Shown here piece by piece: positions 8,737 through 19,322 of a stretch of DNA of 43,166 nucleotides. A program made the position numbers and the translations under genes. This DNA is from an uncultured Pseudomonadota bacterium. GTDB taxonomy: Bacteria > Pseudomonadota > Gammaproteobacteria > Steroidobacterales > Steroidobacteraceae. The notes under the pieces are model-generated. The model saw only the letters and a program-made list of their open reading frames with translations. It was not told where the DNA came from and did not search any database. The DNA lies in assembly GCA_903890265.1 (NCBI GenBank), contig CAITAM010000086.1, positions 1 through 43,166 on the forward strand. Reading direction: 5' to 3'. Each line of letters opens with the position of its first letter. Position 1 is the first letter of the stretch.

Positions 8737-11163
8737 TTATGCCCGAAGCCGGAGGTTCTCGGGGTCGTACAGGGGCTCCGTGGCGACCACCGCCCGCCGG
8801 CGCTCGCCGAGGATCTCCACCGCCAGCTCGGTGCCGGGAGTGGCCAGATCCGTGCGTACGTAGGCAAGCGCGATGCTCTTCTGCAAGCGGTAGCCAAAAC
8901 CGCCCGACGTGACGAGCCCGACGTACTCGTCACCCGAGTACACGACGGAAACTGCTGCCGCATCGGCGTCAGTCGCGTCCACAATCAGCGGTACGAAACG
9001 CTCCCGCGGGCCTGCCGCGTGCTCCCTGGCAAGCGCGGCCTGGCCGATGAAGCCGCCCGCCTTGTCGAGCTTCACGAACCGGTCAAGCGACGCCATGTAG
9101 GGCGTGTACTCGGTCGTCAGGTCCGCCTTCCACGACCGGTAGCACTTCTCGAGTCGCAGGCTGTCCATGGCATAGAGGCCGAAGTCATGGATACCGAACG
9201 ACTGGCCGGCCGCCCAGATCAGCTCGTAGATGCCCTGGAGGTGCTCAAGCGGGATGTGCAGCTCCCAGCCGAGCTCGCCCACGTAGTTCACCCTCGCAGC
9301 AATGGCCTTGGTGTAGCCGATGTCGATCGTGCGCACCGAAAGCCACGGGAAGGCGTCGTTGTCGAGTCGGGCCCCGGTGACCTGCGCCAGCACCTCGCGT
9401 GACTTCGGACCGACCACGATCAGGGTGCCGTAGCGTGCGGTCAGGTTGCTGAGCCTGACGTCGCGACTTGCCGCTGGCAGGTTCTCGGTCAGCCAGTGCT
9501 CGTCATGCAACTCACCGGCCGCGGCGCTGATGAGCCAGTAACGCTCGTCACCGAGGTTGGTCAGCGTCATCTCGGTCATGATCCCGCCGGAGGCCGTGCA
9601 CAGGTAGTTGAGCGCGGTGCGCCCCGGCTTTGGCACGACGCCGGTGACCAGATGGTCAAGCCAGCCCCTCGCATCCTTGCCGGTCACCTCGAACTTGGCG
9701 AACCCCGGCAGGTCGAGGATGGCGACGCGCTCGGCCACCACCTCGCACTCGCGCGCCACCGCCGCGTGCCACGCGGGGCGACGGAACGACAGCTCGGGAT
9801 CGGTCGGATCACCCGCTTCGGGGAAGTAGACCGCCCGTTCCCAGCCGCCGCGGGCGCCAAACTTCGCGCCCTTGGCCTTCAGCAGCTGGTAACACGGCGA
9901 GGCCTTGGCCGGACGGCCCGCCGGACGCTCCTCGGCGGGGTAGCCGATGCCGTACTCGTGCTGGTACGTCTCGGTTGCCTTGGCGAGAACGAACTTCGCG
10001 TTCGCGTGTGGCAGGTAGCGACGCGAATCAAGCGGCCACATGTCCCATTCGGGCTGGCCGTTGACCACCCACTCCGCGATCGACTTGCCGGCGCCACCGG
10101 CCTGGACGATGCCGAAGGTAAATCCGCAGCAATGGTAGAACCCGGGCAGACCCGGCGCGGGGCCAAGCAGCGGATTGCCGTCCGGCGCGTAGGGGATGGG
10201 ACCGTTGATCACGGTCTTGACACCCACCGAACCGAGGATCGGTACCCGACCACAGGCCGCCTCGATGTACTTCTCAAGCCGCTCCAGCGCGTCGTCAAAC
10301 AGCTGGTTGGCGAAATGCTCGGGGATGCCGTCCAGCCAATGCGCGGTCGCATCCCACTCGTAGGGCCCGAGCAGCAGGCTGTGGCGCTCCTGGCGCAGGT
10401 AGTAGCTGACGTCCGGGTCGCGCATCAGTGGCAGTCGCGCCGACCCGCGCTCGACAAGCTCCGGAATGTCCTCCGTCACCAGGTACTGGTGCGACATGGT
10501 CACGATGGGCAGGTATACCCCGACCATCGCCGCCACCTCGCCGCCGCGGTAGCCCGCCGCGTTGATGACACGCTCCGCGCGGATCGTTCCCTTGTCGGTG
10601 TGCACCAGCCACTCGCCGGACGAGCCTCGCTCGATGGCGGTTACCCGCGTGTTGCGGTAGACCTCCGCGCCGTTATCCCGGGCGCCCTTGGCCAGCGCCT
10701 GGGTCATCTGCGCCGGATCGATATCGCCGTCGTACGGATCGTACAGCCCGGCTTCGAGTCCATCCGTCACGATGAACGGGTGATGCTTCTTCAGCTCGTC
10801 GAGCGACAGCATCTCGAAATCCATGCCCTGGGCACGGGCCTGCGACACGACATGCCGGAACTCATCAACCCGGTCCTTGGTATGGGCGAGGCGCAGGCTG
10901 CCGGTAATGTGGTAGTTGATGTCGTAGCCCACCCGCTTCGACAGCGCGGCATACAGGCTCGTGCTGTAGCGCTGCAGCTTCATGAGGTTCCACGACGTCG
11001 TGAAGTTCGGGCAATTGCCGGCGGCGTGCCAGGTGGAACCGGCGGTCAGCTCATCGCGCTCGATCAGCACGACATCCTTCCAGCCGAGTTCCGTCAGGTG
11101 GTAGAGCGCGCTGCAGCCCACCGCACCACCACCGATCACCACCACCCGCGCTTGCGTCTTCAT
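8737..11163 (-). CDS. FAD-dependent oxidoreductase fused to a GcvT aminomethyltransferase fold (dimethylglycine/sarcosine dehydrogenase family)
   Basis: It reads VVVIGGGAVGCS...GSTWHAAGN, with a C-terminal GcvT-like region (YVGELGWELH, GLYAMDSLRLEK). Confidence 0.9.
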   Translation of the reverse strand: MKTQARVVVIGGGAVGCSALYHLTELGWKDVVLIERDELTAGSTWHAAGNCPNFTTSWNLMKLQRYSTSLYAALSKRVGYDINYHITGSLRLAHTKDRVDEFRHVVSQARAQGMDFEMLSLDELKKHHPFIVTDGLEAGLYDPYDGDIDPAQMTQALAKGARDNGAEVYRNTRVTAIERGSSGEWLVHTDKGTIRAERVINAAGYRGGEVAAMVGVYLPIVTMSHQYLVTEDIPELVERGSARLPLMRDPDVSYYLRQERHSLLLGPYEWDATAHWLDGIPEHFANQLFDDALERLEKYIEAACGRVPILGSVGVKTVINGPIPYAPDGNPLLGPAPGLPGFYHCCGFTFGIVQAGGAGKSIAEWVVNGQPEWDMWPLDSRRYLPHANAKFVLAKATETYQHEYGIGYPAEERPAGRPAKASPCYQLLKAKGAKFGARGGWERAVYFPEAGDPTDPELSFRRPAWHAAVARECEVVAERVAILDLPGFAKFEVTGKDARGWLDHLVTGVVPKPGRTALNYLCTASGGIMTEMTLTNLGDERYWLISAAAGELHDEHWLTENLPAASRDVRLSNLTARYGTLIVVGPKSREVLAQVTGARLDNDAFPWLSVRTIDIGYTKAIAARVNYVGELGWELHIPLEHLQGIYELIWAAGQSFGIHDFGLYAMDSLRLEKCYRSWKADLTTEYTPYMASLDRFVKLDKAGGFIGQAALAREHAAGPRERFVPLIVDATDADAAAVSVVYSGDEYVGLVTSGGFGYRLQKSIALAYVRTDLATPGTELAVEILGERRRAVVATEPLYDPENLRLRA

Positions 11164-11244
11164 TATTAAAGAAACTCCTCAGTTACACCGCGCCGTCGAC
11201 GCCACCGGCCACGCCCGGGCGACTGGCCCTTCCGCCCCATGTCG

Positions 11245-13704
11245 TCAGGCTTTGATACGCACATTCTTAGGATCGTAGAAGGCCTCCAGCTGGACGGTTG
11301 CCGGGTAACGCTGGCAGGCAACCTCCACCTCGAACCGGCCGTCGCGCAGCCACGCGGCATCGACTCCGCCGTCATGGTGCACGTACCCGAGACCCAGCGA
11401 CGCGCCAAGCCGGTGCCCGAAGGCACCGGACTTGATGGAACCGACGATCTCCCCGTTACGGACGATGGGCTCCTCGTGGTAGAGCAGCGGCACGGACGCG
11501 GGATCGCCCTCGATCCGCACCTGCACGAGCCGCTTCTCGAGCCGCCCAAGGCTGCGCTGGGCGAGAAGCACCTCGCGGCCGCGGAAGCCGCCCTCCTTGT
11601 CCCACGCGACCGTGAACCCGAGCCCTCCCTCGAGCGGGGTGTCCTCATCCGCCACGTCGTGTCCCCAGTGGCGATAGCCTTTTTCCACACGGCAGGCGCT
11701 CATCGCGTGGTAACCGGCATGCACGAGCCCCAGCGGGCGGCCGGCCTCGAGCAGTTGCTCGTACACGTGGGCCACGAATTCCGTGCTGACGTAGAGCTCC
11801 CAGCCCAGCTCGCCGACGTAGGTAATTCGGCTTGCGCGCAATCGCGAGTAGCCGATCTCGAGTTCCCGCGACCAGCCGAACGGGTGCGCGGCGTTGGACA
11901 GGTCCGCGCCGGACAGACCCTCCAGCAGTTCACGACTGCGCGGTCCCATGATGCCAAGCATGGCAACGCCCGCCGTGACGTCCGTGACCGTGCAATGCGC
12001 GCCGCGCTCTGCCGCAATCGCACGCCGCAGCCAGGCAAGATCACGGGTCTGCGCCGCCGCGGCGGTGACCACGAGGAATTCCTCCGCTCCGGTCCGGGTA
12101 ATCGTCAGATCCGCCTCGATGCCCGCCGCGTCGTTGAGCCACTGGGTGTAGACCACCCGCCCGACAGGGACGTCCACATTGGACGTCGACATGAAGTTCA
12201 GGATCCGGCAGGCATCGGCGCCCTGCACCAGAAACTTTGAAAAGCTGGTCTGGTCGTAAAGAGCGACCGCATCTCGCGTCGCAAGGCACTCCGCACGGCA
12301 GGCGTCGAACCAGTTCTGGCGTCCGTACGAGTAGACGTAGTCCGGCTTGCTGCCCGGGGCGGCATACCAGTTCGGTCGTTCCCATCCGGCCGTCTCGCCC
12401 ATGCAGGCGCCCGATGCGACGAGGCGATCGTGCAGAGGCGAACGCCGGGCACCCCGCGCGGTCTTGTACTGGTAGTACGGCCAGTGCATCGCGTAGAGCA
12501 GGCCAAGCGTCTCCACCGTGCGGTCGTGCAGGTAACGCTTATTGGACTGGAACGGGATGACGCGGCGGATGTCCATGTCGGCCAGGTCCATCGGCGGCTT
12601 CCGGTCGACGACCCACTGCGCGACAACCTTGCCGACCCCGCCGCTCGCGGCGATGCCGACGGAATTGAAACCCGCCGCGACGAAGAGGTCCCGGACCTCG
12701 GGCGCCTCGCCGATGTAATAGCGGTCATCCGGCGTAAAGCTTTCCGGGCCATTGAAGAAGAGCGCGATCCCGGCGTTGGCGAGCGCGGGAACCCGTTCAA
12801 TGGCATCGTTCAGTATCGGCTCGAAGTGCTCGGAGTCCTCCGGCAGCGTATCGAAGCAGAAATCCTCGGAGATGCCCTTCATACCCCAGGGCTTCGCCAC
12901 GGGCTCAAAACAGCCCATCAGCAGCTTGCCGGCGTCTTCCTTGTAGTAGGCGCACTCGTCCTGAACCCGGAGCACCGGCAACCCGGACGGCAGCCCCGCG
13001 ATGGGCTCGGTGACGATATAGAAGTGCTCCGCGGCGTGCAGCGGCACCGCGACCCCTGCCGCTGCCGCCAGATCACGTGACCACATGCCACCGGCGAGAA
13101 TGACCGTGTCGGCGGCAATGAAGCCGGCCGCGGTCTCGACGCCGGTCGCCCGGCCCTGCTCGACCCGAATCCGCTCCACTTTCGTGTTCTCGAAAATGCG
13201 CGCACCGCGCTGCTTCGCGCCCTTCGCCAGCGCCTGAGTCGTGTCGATCGGGTTGGTCTGGCCGTCCTTCGGAATGAAAATACCGCCGACGAGATCGTCC
13301 ACCTTCAGCAGCGGCCAGCGCTCAAGAATCTCGCCGGGCGTGAGGACATGCATCTCGAGCCCGAACATCCGGCCCATGCAGACACCGCGCTTCAGCTCCT
13401 CGAAGCGGGCCTCGGTCTTCGCCACCGAAATGGATCCGTTCTGCCGAAAGCCGGTCGCCTGGCCGGTCTCGGCCTCCAGCGAGTGATAGAGGTCTGCGGT
13501 GTACTTCGCGAGTTCGGTCAGATTACGCGTGGCCCGCAGCTGACCGACGAGACCCGCGGCATGCCACGTCGTGCCACACGTGAGCTGACGGCGCTCCAGC
13601 AGCACGACGTCGGTCACGCCCAGTTTGGTCAGGTGGTAGGCGATCGAACAGCCGGCAACGCCGCCACCCACGATCACGACGTTGGCGTGGTTCGGAATAC
13701 TCAT
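11245..13704 (-). CDS. Second FAD/GcvT-fold dehydrogenase paralog (dimethylglycine/sarcosine dehydrogenase family)
   Basis: It reads VVIVGGGVAGCS...GTTWHAAGLVGQL (flavinylation-type His motif) ...YVGELGWELY...GYHAMSACRVEKGY. Confidence 0.9.
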   Translation of the reverse strand: MSIPNHANVVIVGGGVAGCSIAYHLTKLGVTDVVLLERRQLTCGTTWHAAGLVGQLRATRNLTELAKYTADLYHSLEAETGQATGFRQNGSISVAKTEARFEELKRGVCMGRMFGLEMHVLTPGEILERWPLLKVDDLVGGIFIPKDGQTNPIDTTQALAKGAKQRGARIFENTKVERIRVEQGRATGVETAAGFIAADTVILAGGMWSRDLAAAAGVAVPLHAAEHFYIVTEPIAGLPSGLPVLRVQDECAYYKEDAGKLLMGCFEPVAKPWGMKGISEDFCFDTLPEDSEHFEPILNDAIERVPALANAGIALFFNGPESFTPDDRYYIGEAPEVRDLFVAAGFNSVGIAASGGVGKVVAQWVVDRKPPMDLADMDIRRVIPFQSNKRYLHDRTVETLGLLYAMHWPYYQYKTARGARRSPLHDRLVASGACMGETAGWERPNWYAAPGSKPDYVYSYGRQNWFDACRAECLATRDAVALYDQTSFSKFLVQGADACRILNFMSTSNVDVPVGRVVYTQWLNDAAGIEADLTITRTGAEEFLVVTAAAAQTRDLAWLRRAIAAERGAHCTVTDVTAGVAMLGIMGPRSRELLEGLSGADLSNAAHPFGWSRELEIGYSRLRASRITYVGELGWELYVSTEFVAHVYEQLLEAGRPLGLVHAGYHAMSACRVEKGYRHWGHDVADEDTPLEGGLGFTVAWDKEGGFRGREVLLAQRSLGRLEKRLVQVRIEGDPASVPLLYHEEPIVRNGEIVGSIKSGAFGHRLGASLGLGYVHHDGGVDAAWLRDGRFEVEVACQRYPATVQLEAFYDPKNVRIKA

Positions 13705-13763
13705 TTTCGACTACCTCTCGGGCCGCAGCGACCGCGGCGATGACGTGTGTTCCGCCGCTGCCG

Positions 13764-14885
13764 TCATCGGCGCTGCCCGCTGAGGGCCTGCGCCAGCGGC
13801 GGGGCGGCATCGGGCCGGAACGCACGAATGTCCTTGCCCACGACCGAGGCGACCGTCGCCGCGATCTGCGACTGAGTAACCGGCGAGGTGTTTTTGAGCT
13901 CACCCAGCGCCGGGGTGCGCGGGCCGATAACGGCGATCCAGATGTTGTCTGAGCCCTTCTGTTCGACACCGTGATCCTTCCATTCGACCGGCCCGGACCC
14001 CCGGCCGTGATCGGCCGTCACGATGAAGGTCGTGTGCCCGCGGTACGCCGGCAGGGACTGCATCTGACGCCAGAGGTCGGCGACGAAGGCATCAAAGCTG
14101 TGCGCGCCTTCCAGCACGAGATCGTAGCGGCCCGCGTGCGCGAAATTGTCGGTGTCGCCAAACCCGACGAAGAGTACGCGTGGCTGATGCGTCGCGAGGT
14201 GGCGGCGGAGCGCGACATGCAGAAAGGAATCGTAGGGATCCTCGCCTTCCAGCCGCGTCGTCGTCTGGTACAGCTCGCTCAGCAGGACGCCCGTGTCCGT
14301 GCGATCGGCCCGGTCGACCAGTGTCGCCCCGGACCTGACGGGCAGGCCCGAGCGGCCCTCGTTGAAGATGTCATGGAACACGCTCCAGGTGCCGAAGATC
14401 TCCACGCGGCCCTTGAGATCGGGCAACGAATTCAGCCACTCGAACACCGTGACGTTCGGATTCGGCCCGTACTCGTTCTTGTCGATGCGCGAGTCCGCGA
14501 CACCCGTCGACATTTCGTTGTAGCCGGGATACGAGAACCACCAGGGATTGGTTACGCGGGCGACACTGCCGGCCGTCTGGTTGCCGTAGAGCAGCCCGTC
14601 GTGCGCTACCGTCCCCCACAGGAACGGCATAAGGCGGCGCCGGCGTTCACTGACGTCGTCCGCCCAGAAGCGCTCCCGGAGTTCCGGCACGGGGGTCCAG
14701 CTGCCGCCTTCCTCGCCGTTCAGGAGGGTGGGGTCCGCGCCGGTAAAGACCTCCTGCCAGCGCAGCCCGTCGCAGACGATGAGGACCACGGTCTCGCGGG
14801 CCTCTTTCTGCTGCGTCGCGGCATCCGCGCCAGTCCACAGCCCGGTCGCAACGAAGAAGACGAGTGTCGCCAGGTACCTGCTCAT
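13764..14885 (-). CDS. Exported alkaline-phosphatase-superfamily metalloenzyme
   Basis: The start is taken at MSRYLATLVFFVATGLWTGADA (signal). Motifs are VLIVCDGLRW, FGDTDNFAH and FIVTADHGRG. The specific substrate is unknown. Confidence 0.65.
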   Translation of the reverse strand: MSRYLATLVFFVATGLWTGADAATQQKEARETVVLIVCDGLRWQEVFTGADPTLLNGEEGGSWTPVPELRERFWADDVSERRRRLMPFLWGTVAHDGLLYGNQTAGSVARVTNPWWFSYPGYNEMSTGVADSRIDKNEYGPNPNVTVFEWLNSLPDLKGRVEIFGTWSVFHDIFNEGRSGLPVRSGATLVDRADRTDTGVLLSELYQTTTRLEGEDPYDSFLHVALRRHLATHQPRVLFVGFGDTDNFAHAGRYDLVLEGAHSFDAFVADLWRQMQSLPAYRGHTTFIVTADHGRGSGPVEWKDHGVEQKGSDNIWIAVIGPRTPALGELKNTSPVTQSQIAATVASVVGKDIRAFRPDAAPPLAQALSGQRR

Positions 14886-15136
14886 AACCGCTCCTTCCGT
14901 CGCCAGTCGCCGGCCGAGGCTGAGGCCGCGCCGCATATTACTTGATCGTGCCGCCGATCGGCCGGTCCGTTAGCGACACCCAACGGCCCGGGCCGGCTAA
15001 CCGCTCGGCTGGGCGTCAGGCCCGATCGGAATTGCCCTGCACCGCAACAAAACGGCAAACTTCGCAGTCCCGCACCGCACACCGTCGCGGTGGCCCCGAC
15101 CTGTCCCGCCGCGGGACCCCCGTTCAAGGAAGCGAA

Positions 15137-17572
15137 GTGTCCACATCAACCACCGTCCTGTACCGAGCCATCCGCACGACCTTGCTGGCGTTCCTGTCCA
15201 CGCTGGCCCTGGCCGACCGCGCCGCCGCGGACCAGCCGGCGGTCGCCGCGAGCGGCCTCGACGAGATCACGGTCTTTGGCTCGCGCGCCGGCGCCCGGAC
15301 GGTGTTTGACAGCGCGGTTCCGATCGACGTGTTCGCCCCTGCCGATGTCCAGGCGGCGCTCCGCTCCGGTGAGGTCGGCCAGGCGCTGCAAGCGCTCTCG
15401 CCGTCCATCAACATGCCGCGCGCGTCCGCCTCGGGCACCTCGGACTCGGTTCGCACGCTGCAGTTTCGCGGCCTTGCCCCCGACCAGCTGCTGGTGCTCG
15501 TCAACGGCAAACGACGTCACACCAACGCGGTGATGGACATCGAGGGCCAGTTCCCGGGCACCGTCGCGGTCGACGTCAACGCGATCCCGCCGAGTGCGAT
15601 CGATCACATCGAAGTGCTGCGCGACGGCGCCGGTGCGGTGTACGGCAGCGATGCCATCGCGGGCGTCGTCAACATCGTCCTCAAATCGGACACCAATGGC
15701 GGCGAGATCGGCGCGGGCTACGGTGAAAACCACACCCACTTCGCGCCCACCGGCAGCAGTATCTCCGACGGCCGCAATCGCACCGTTGGCTTCGATTACG
15801 GCCTGCCGTTCGCCGGCACGGGCACGCTGCATTTCGGCGCCGACTACCAGAACCGCGGCTCGACCAACCGCGCCGGGTACGCTGATGCCGCGCAGGCCTC
15901 CTACAACGCGACGCCGGCCGACCTCGCCACCAACGACCACGTCGTATTCCGGTCGGGCGACCCGAAGCTCGAATCAAAGGGACTGTTCTACGACGGCAAG
16001 CTGGGCCTCGACGGCGGCGTGTCGCTGTACTCGTTCGCGACGGCCGCCTGGCGCGACACCGAGGGTGCGGCCTTCTTCCGCTACCCCGGCGATCCGACCA
16101 ACGTGGCGGCCATTTACCCGAACGGCTTCCTGCCGGTGTCGACGGGCAAGAACCATGACATCGACTGGGTCGCCGGCCTGCGGGGCAAGGGCGGCTCGTG
16201 GGACTGGGACCTGAGCGGCCGGGAGGGCTACAACACGTTCTCGTACGGGCTCGAGCATTCGCTGAACGCGTCGCTCGGCGCGGCCAGTCCGACGAGCTTC
16301 CACGTCGCGAACTTCACCTACGAGGAACGCGCACTCAATCTCGATCTTTCGCGCGAACTCGCCCTCAGCAACTCGGCGGCCCCGCTCAACATTGCCGCGG
16401 GGCTCGAATACATGCACGAGGCCTACCACACCTCACCCGGCGATCCGGCGTCCTATGCGGCCGGGCCGTTCACCTCAAGTCCGCCGGGCTCGCAGGGTGA
16501 CAACGGTCTTCCTCCGGCAGACACGGTGCACCTGTCCCGCAGCGTGGAGTCCGCGTACCTCGATCTTGATCAGGATCTGGGTCGTACGCTGCTCGTGGGT
16601 GTCGCCGGCCGCTACTCGCATTACAGTGATTTCGGCAGCGCCACGACCGGTAAATTCACGGTCCGCTACAAGCTGACCGACGATTTGCTGATCCGCGGTG
16701 CGGTATCCAACAGCTTCCGCGCGCCGGCACTCGCGCAGACCGGCATTCGATTCGAGACCCTCGCCTTCAACTCGACCGGTACGGGTCTGCAGAACAGCGC
16801 CTTCCTGCCGCCGGGCGCCCCGCTCGCGCAGGGCCAGGGAGCACTGCCGCTGAAGCCGGAGAAGTCGACCAATTACACGGCGGGCATCGCGTGGCGAGCG
16901 GGATCGCAGCTGTCCGCCTCGGCGGACGTGTATCAGATCCGAATCCACGACCGCATTGTCCCCACCGGTCAGATTCCGGTGACGGATCCCACCATCGCCT
17001 CGGTGCAGTTCCTGACCAACGGCCTCGACACGACGACGAAGGGCCTGGACATCGTGGTCAGTAACAAAACGAGCCTGAGCGAGGGCACGCTGCTCCTCAG
17101 TGCCGCATTCAATCGTGGCTACACGCACGAGGACGGTCTGCGCGGCGTGCTGGGATCACCCGGGGTCGCCAACGAGACGGTGCTTGTCCCGCTCATCTAC
17201 GGATCGCCGTCCACCAAGCTTATTTTCACGCTCGACTACACGTCGAACAATCGCTGGGGAATCCGCCTGCAGCCCACGCGCTACGGTACCCTGTACGCGT
17301 TCTCCTACGACCCCGCGCTGCCGACGCTGGACGGCGCCAACGTCCAGAAGTACGGGTCGGCGTGGACCTTCGATGCCGACCTGCACTACGACTTCACTGC
17401 CGATCTGACCGGCTCGATCGGCGGCTACAACGTCACCAACCGCTATCCAGACCGCTCCACCCCGGGAGGCTCGTACTACGGCGCCCTGCCCTACAACTAC
17501 GCGAACCCCATCGGTATCAACGGCGCGTACTACTACGCCCAGGTGACGCTGAAGCTCGGCAAGAAGCACTGA
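15137..17572 (+). CDS. TonB-dependent outer-membrane receptor
   Basis: A GTG start follows AAGGA (15126-15130). It has a signal peptide, a TonB-box-like DEITVFGSR, plug motifs (LQFRGL, VLVNGKR, IEVLRGP-like) and long beta-barrel repeats. Confidence 0.9.
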   Translation: MSTSTTVLYRAIRTTLLAFLSTLALADRAAADQPAVAASGLDEITVFGSRAGARTVFDSAVPIDVFAPADVQAALRSGEVGQALQALSPSINMPRASASGTSDSVRTLQFRGLAPDQLLVLVNGKRRHTNAVMDIEGQFPGTVAVDVNAIPPSAIDHIEVLRDGAGAVYGSDAIAGVVNIVLKSDTNGGEIGAGYGENHTHFAPTGSSISDGRNRTVGFDYGLPFAGTGTLHFGADYQNRGSTNRAGYADAAQASYNATPADLATNDHVVFRSGDPKLESKGLFYDGKLGLDGGVSLYSFATAAWRDTEGAAFFRYPGDPTNVAAIYPNGFLPVSTGKNHDIDWVAGLRGKGGSWDWDLSGREGYNTFSYGLEHSLNASLGAASPTSFHVANFTYEERALNLDLSRELALSNSAAPLNIAAGLEYMHEAYHTSPGDPASYAAGPFTSSPPGSQGDNGLPPADTVHLSRSVESAYLDLDQDLGRTLLVGVAGRYSHYSDFGSATTGKFTVRYKLTDDLLIRGAVSNSFRAPALAQTGIRFETLAFNSTGTGLQNSAFLPPGAPLAQGQGALPLKPEKSTNYTAGIAWRAGSQLSASADVYQIRIHDRIVPTGQIPVTDPTIASVQFLTNGLDTTTKGLDIVVSNKTSLSEGTLLLSAAFNRGYTHEDGLRGVLGSPGVANETVLVPLIYGSPSTKLIFTLDYTSNNRWGIRLQPTRYGTLYAFSYDPALPTLDGANVQKYGSAWTFDADLHYDFTADLTGSIGGYNVTNRYPDRSTPGGSYYGALPYNYANPIGINGAYYYAQVTLKLGKKH

Positions 17573-17632
17573 GAAGGCGGGGGCATCCGGACGCGCCGCA
17601 GGGACGCGCCCGGAGGCACCGACAGCCGGGCG

Positions 17633-17989
17633 TCAGCGCCAGATGCAATAGGTCTTGCGCAGGGTCTCGTGAATCGTCCACACGCCCTTGGTGTTCGGCG
17701 GGAAGTAGGCGGCGTCTCCGCCGCGAAAGTCGAACGTGTCGCCGGCGGCCGTCACGAACGTGGCATGGCCGCTGATGAAGTGCGAGAACTCTGCATCGAC
17801 GATGGCGCGCGCGAAGGTCCCCGGCGACGCCTCCCACGTCCCGGTACTGACGGAGCCGTCCTCCGCCTCAAAGGCGCTGTGGGTCGCGAGCTTGGGCGAC
17901 GGATGTTCGCCCACGGGGGGCGGCGCGGCTCCAAGCCTGAAGTCCAGCGCGCTCAGGTGACCGGGCCGGCGTAGATGAACGATTCCCAT
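17633..17989 (-). CDS. Small cupin-domain protein (DUF861-like)
   Basis: It reads TGTWEASPGTF...EFSHFISGHATFVTAAGDTFDFRGGDAAYFPPNTKGVWTIHETLRKTY. The start is taken at MGIVHL. Confidence 0.65.
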   Translation of the reverse strand: MGIVHLRRPGHLSALDFRLGAAPPPVGEHPSPKLATHSAFEAEDGSVSTGTWEASPGTFARAIVDAEFSHFISGHATFVTAAGDTFDFRGGDAAYFPPNTKGVWTIHETLRKTYCIWR

Positions 17990-18111
17990 GCGGAGTCTCC
18001 AAGGGTTAGGGTCGTGACAAATTGTTCGTCGCAGAGGGCAGGCGCGAGCGGCTCGCACCGCGCGGGTCGCGCCGCCCGTGCAGCAGGTCGCCGCGGTCGG
18101 CGCGCAGCAGG

Positions 18112-19173
18112 TTACCGCGCAAACGCGTCCGTCGCGGCCACGAGCGCCAGGCGAGTGCCCTTCTCAAACGCGGAGTGGCCCGCGTCGGCAATGACGTGCA
18201 GCGTCGACTCCGGCATGGCGCGGTGCAGGTCCCAGGCGCTGCGCATGGGACAGACGACGTCGTAGCGACCCTGCACGATCACGGTCGGGATGTGCCGGAT
18301 CTTGTCCACGTTCGCGAGCAGGTGATCGTCGGTGGCGAAAAAGCCACCGTTGACGAAATAGTGGCACTCAATGCGCGCAAACGCGGCGGCGTAGCCCGGG
18401 TTCCTGAACTGCGCGACGTAATCGGGGTTCAGGTGCAGGTAGCTCGTCGCGCCTTCCCAGATCGACCACGCCCGGGCTGCCTCGATCAGCGTTGGCCGGT
18501 GGTCACTGGTCAGACGCCGGTAGTAGGCGGCCATCATGTCATGGCGTTCCGCCTCGGGAATGGGCGCGACGTACTGTTCCCAGAGGTCCGGGAACAGCGA
18601 CGCGGCGCCGCGGGGGTCCTGGTAGAACCACTCGAGCTCCGTCCGTCGCAACATGAAAATCCCGCGCAGCACGAGTTCCGACACGGACGTCGGGTAGACC
18701 TGCGCGTAGGCCAGTGCGAGCGTCGAGCCCCACGAGCCGCCGAACACCTGCCACTGGACGATACCGAGGTGGACCCGAAGCTTCTCGATGTCCTCGACGA
18801 GGTCCCACGTGGTGTTCTCGATGAGGCTGGCGTGGGGCCGACTCCGACCGCAGCCACGCTGGTCGAACAGCACGATCCGATAACGCTTGGGATCGAAGAA
18901 GCGCCGCATCTTGGGATCGGTGCCGCCACCCGGCCCGCCGTGCAGAAAGACCACGGGCTTGCCGCGCGGATTGCCGCTCTCTTCGAAGTAGATCTTGTGC
19001 AGTGGCGAGACCCGCAGCATGCCGCTGCGATAACAGTCGATCTCGGGGTAGAGGTCTCGCGGGCGGGCGAGACGCACCGCTTTCTTCGCACGGCTCGCGA
19101 CAGCGCGGCCACTCGGGGCGGTACGTGCGCCAGAGGCCAACTTTCGCCGCACGGCCGTTCGCTTGGTCGCCAT
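18112..19173 (-). CDS. pip: Proline iminopeptidase
   Basis: It reads YPEIDCYRSGML...VVFLHGGPGGG...LFDQRGCGRS...FGGSWGSTLALAYA...RGIF. The start is taken at MATKRT. Confidence 0.9.
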   Translation of the reverse strand: MATKRTAVRRKLASGARTAPSGRAVASRAKKAVRLARPRDLYPEIDCYRSGMLRVSPLHKIYFEESGNPRGKPVVFLHGGPGGGTDPKMRRFFDPKRYRIVLFDQRGCGRSRPHASLIENTTWDLVEDIEKLRVHLGIVQWQVFGGSWGSTLALAYAQVYPTSVSELVLRGIFMLRRTELEWFYQDPRGAASLFPDLWEQYVAPIPEAERHDMMAAYYRRLTSDHRPTLIEAARAWSIWEGATSYLHLNPDYVAQFRNPGYAAAFARIECHYFVNGGFFATDDHLLANVDKIRHIPTVIVQGRYDVVCPMRSAWDLHRAMPESTLHVIADAGHSAFEKGTRLALVAATDAFAR

Positions 19174-19322
19174 TTCCCGTCTCCCTGAAGGACGCGCTCG
19201 CGCTGCGCTTTGTCCCAGTCTAGGAAAAAGGCCCAGACGGCGCCAGTCGCAATGACCCCCGCTCAAGGCGTCGTCGACAGCAGGCGAATTCGTGCGTCAG
19301 AATCGACCCGGTCTTCGTTGGG

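Noticed and set aside
14950-15136. The 5' leader of the TonB-dependent receptor has faint resemblance to a cobalamin riboswitch: GCCGGTCC... at the start and ...GACCTGTCCCGCC near the end.
   Set aside because: I cannot find the conserved core (GGGAA, GGUG.AA.UCC, GCCACUG, a contiguous B12 box). cmsearch with RF00174 would settle it, and I expect no hit.
17589-17610. GGACGCGCC occurs twice, 4 nt apart, between the convergent TonB-receptor and cupin genes. I considered it as a possible bidirectional terminator.
   Set aside because: The copies are direct repeats, not inverted, so no hairpin forms and there is no U-tract.
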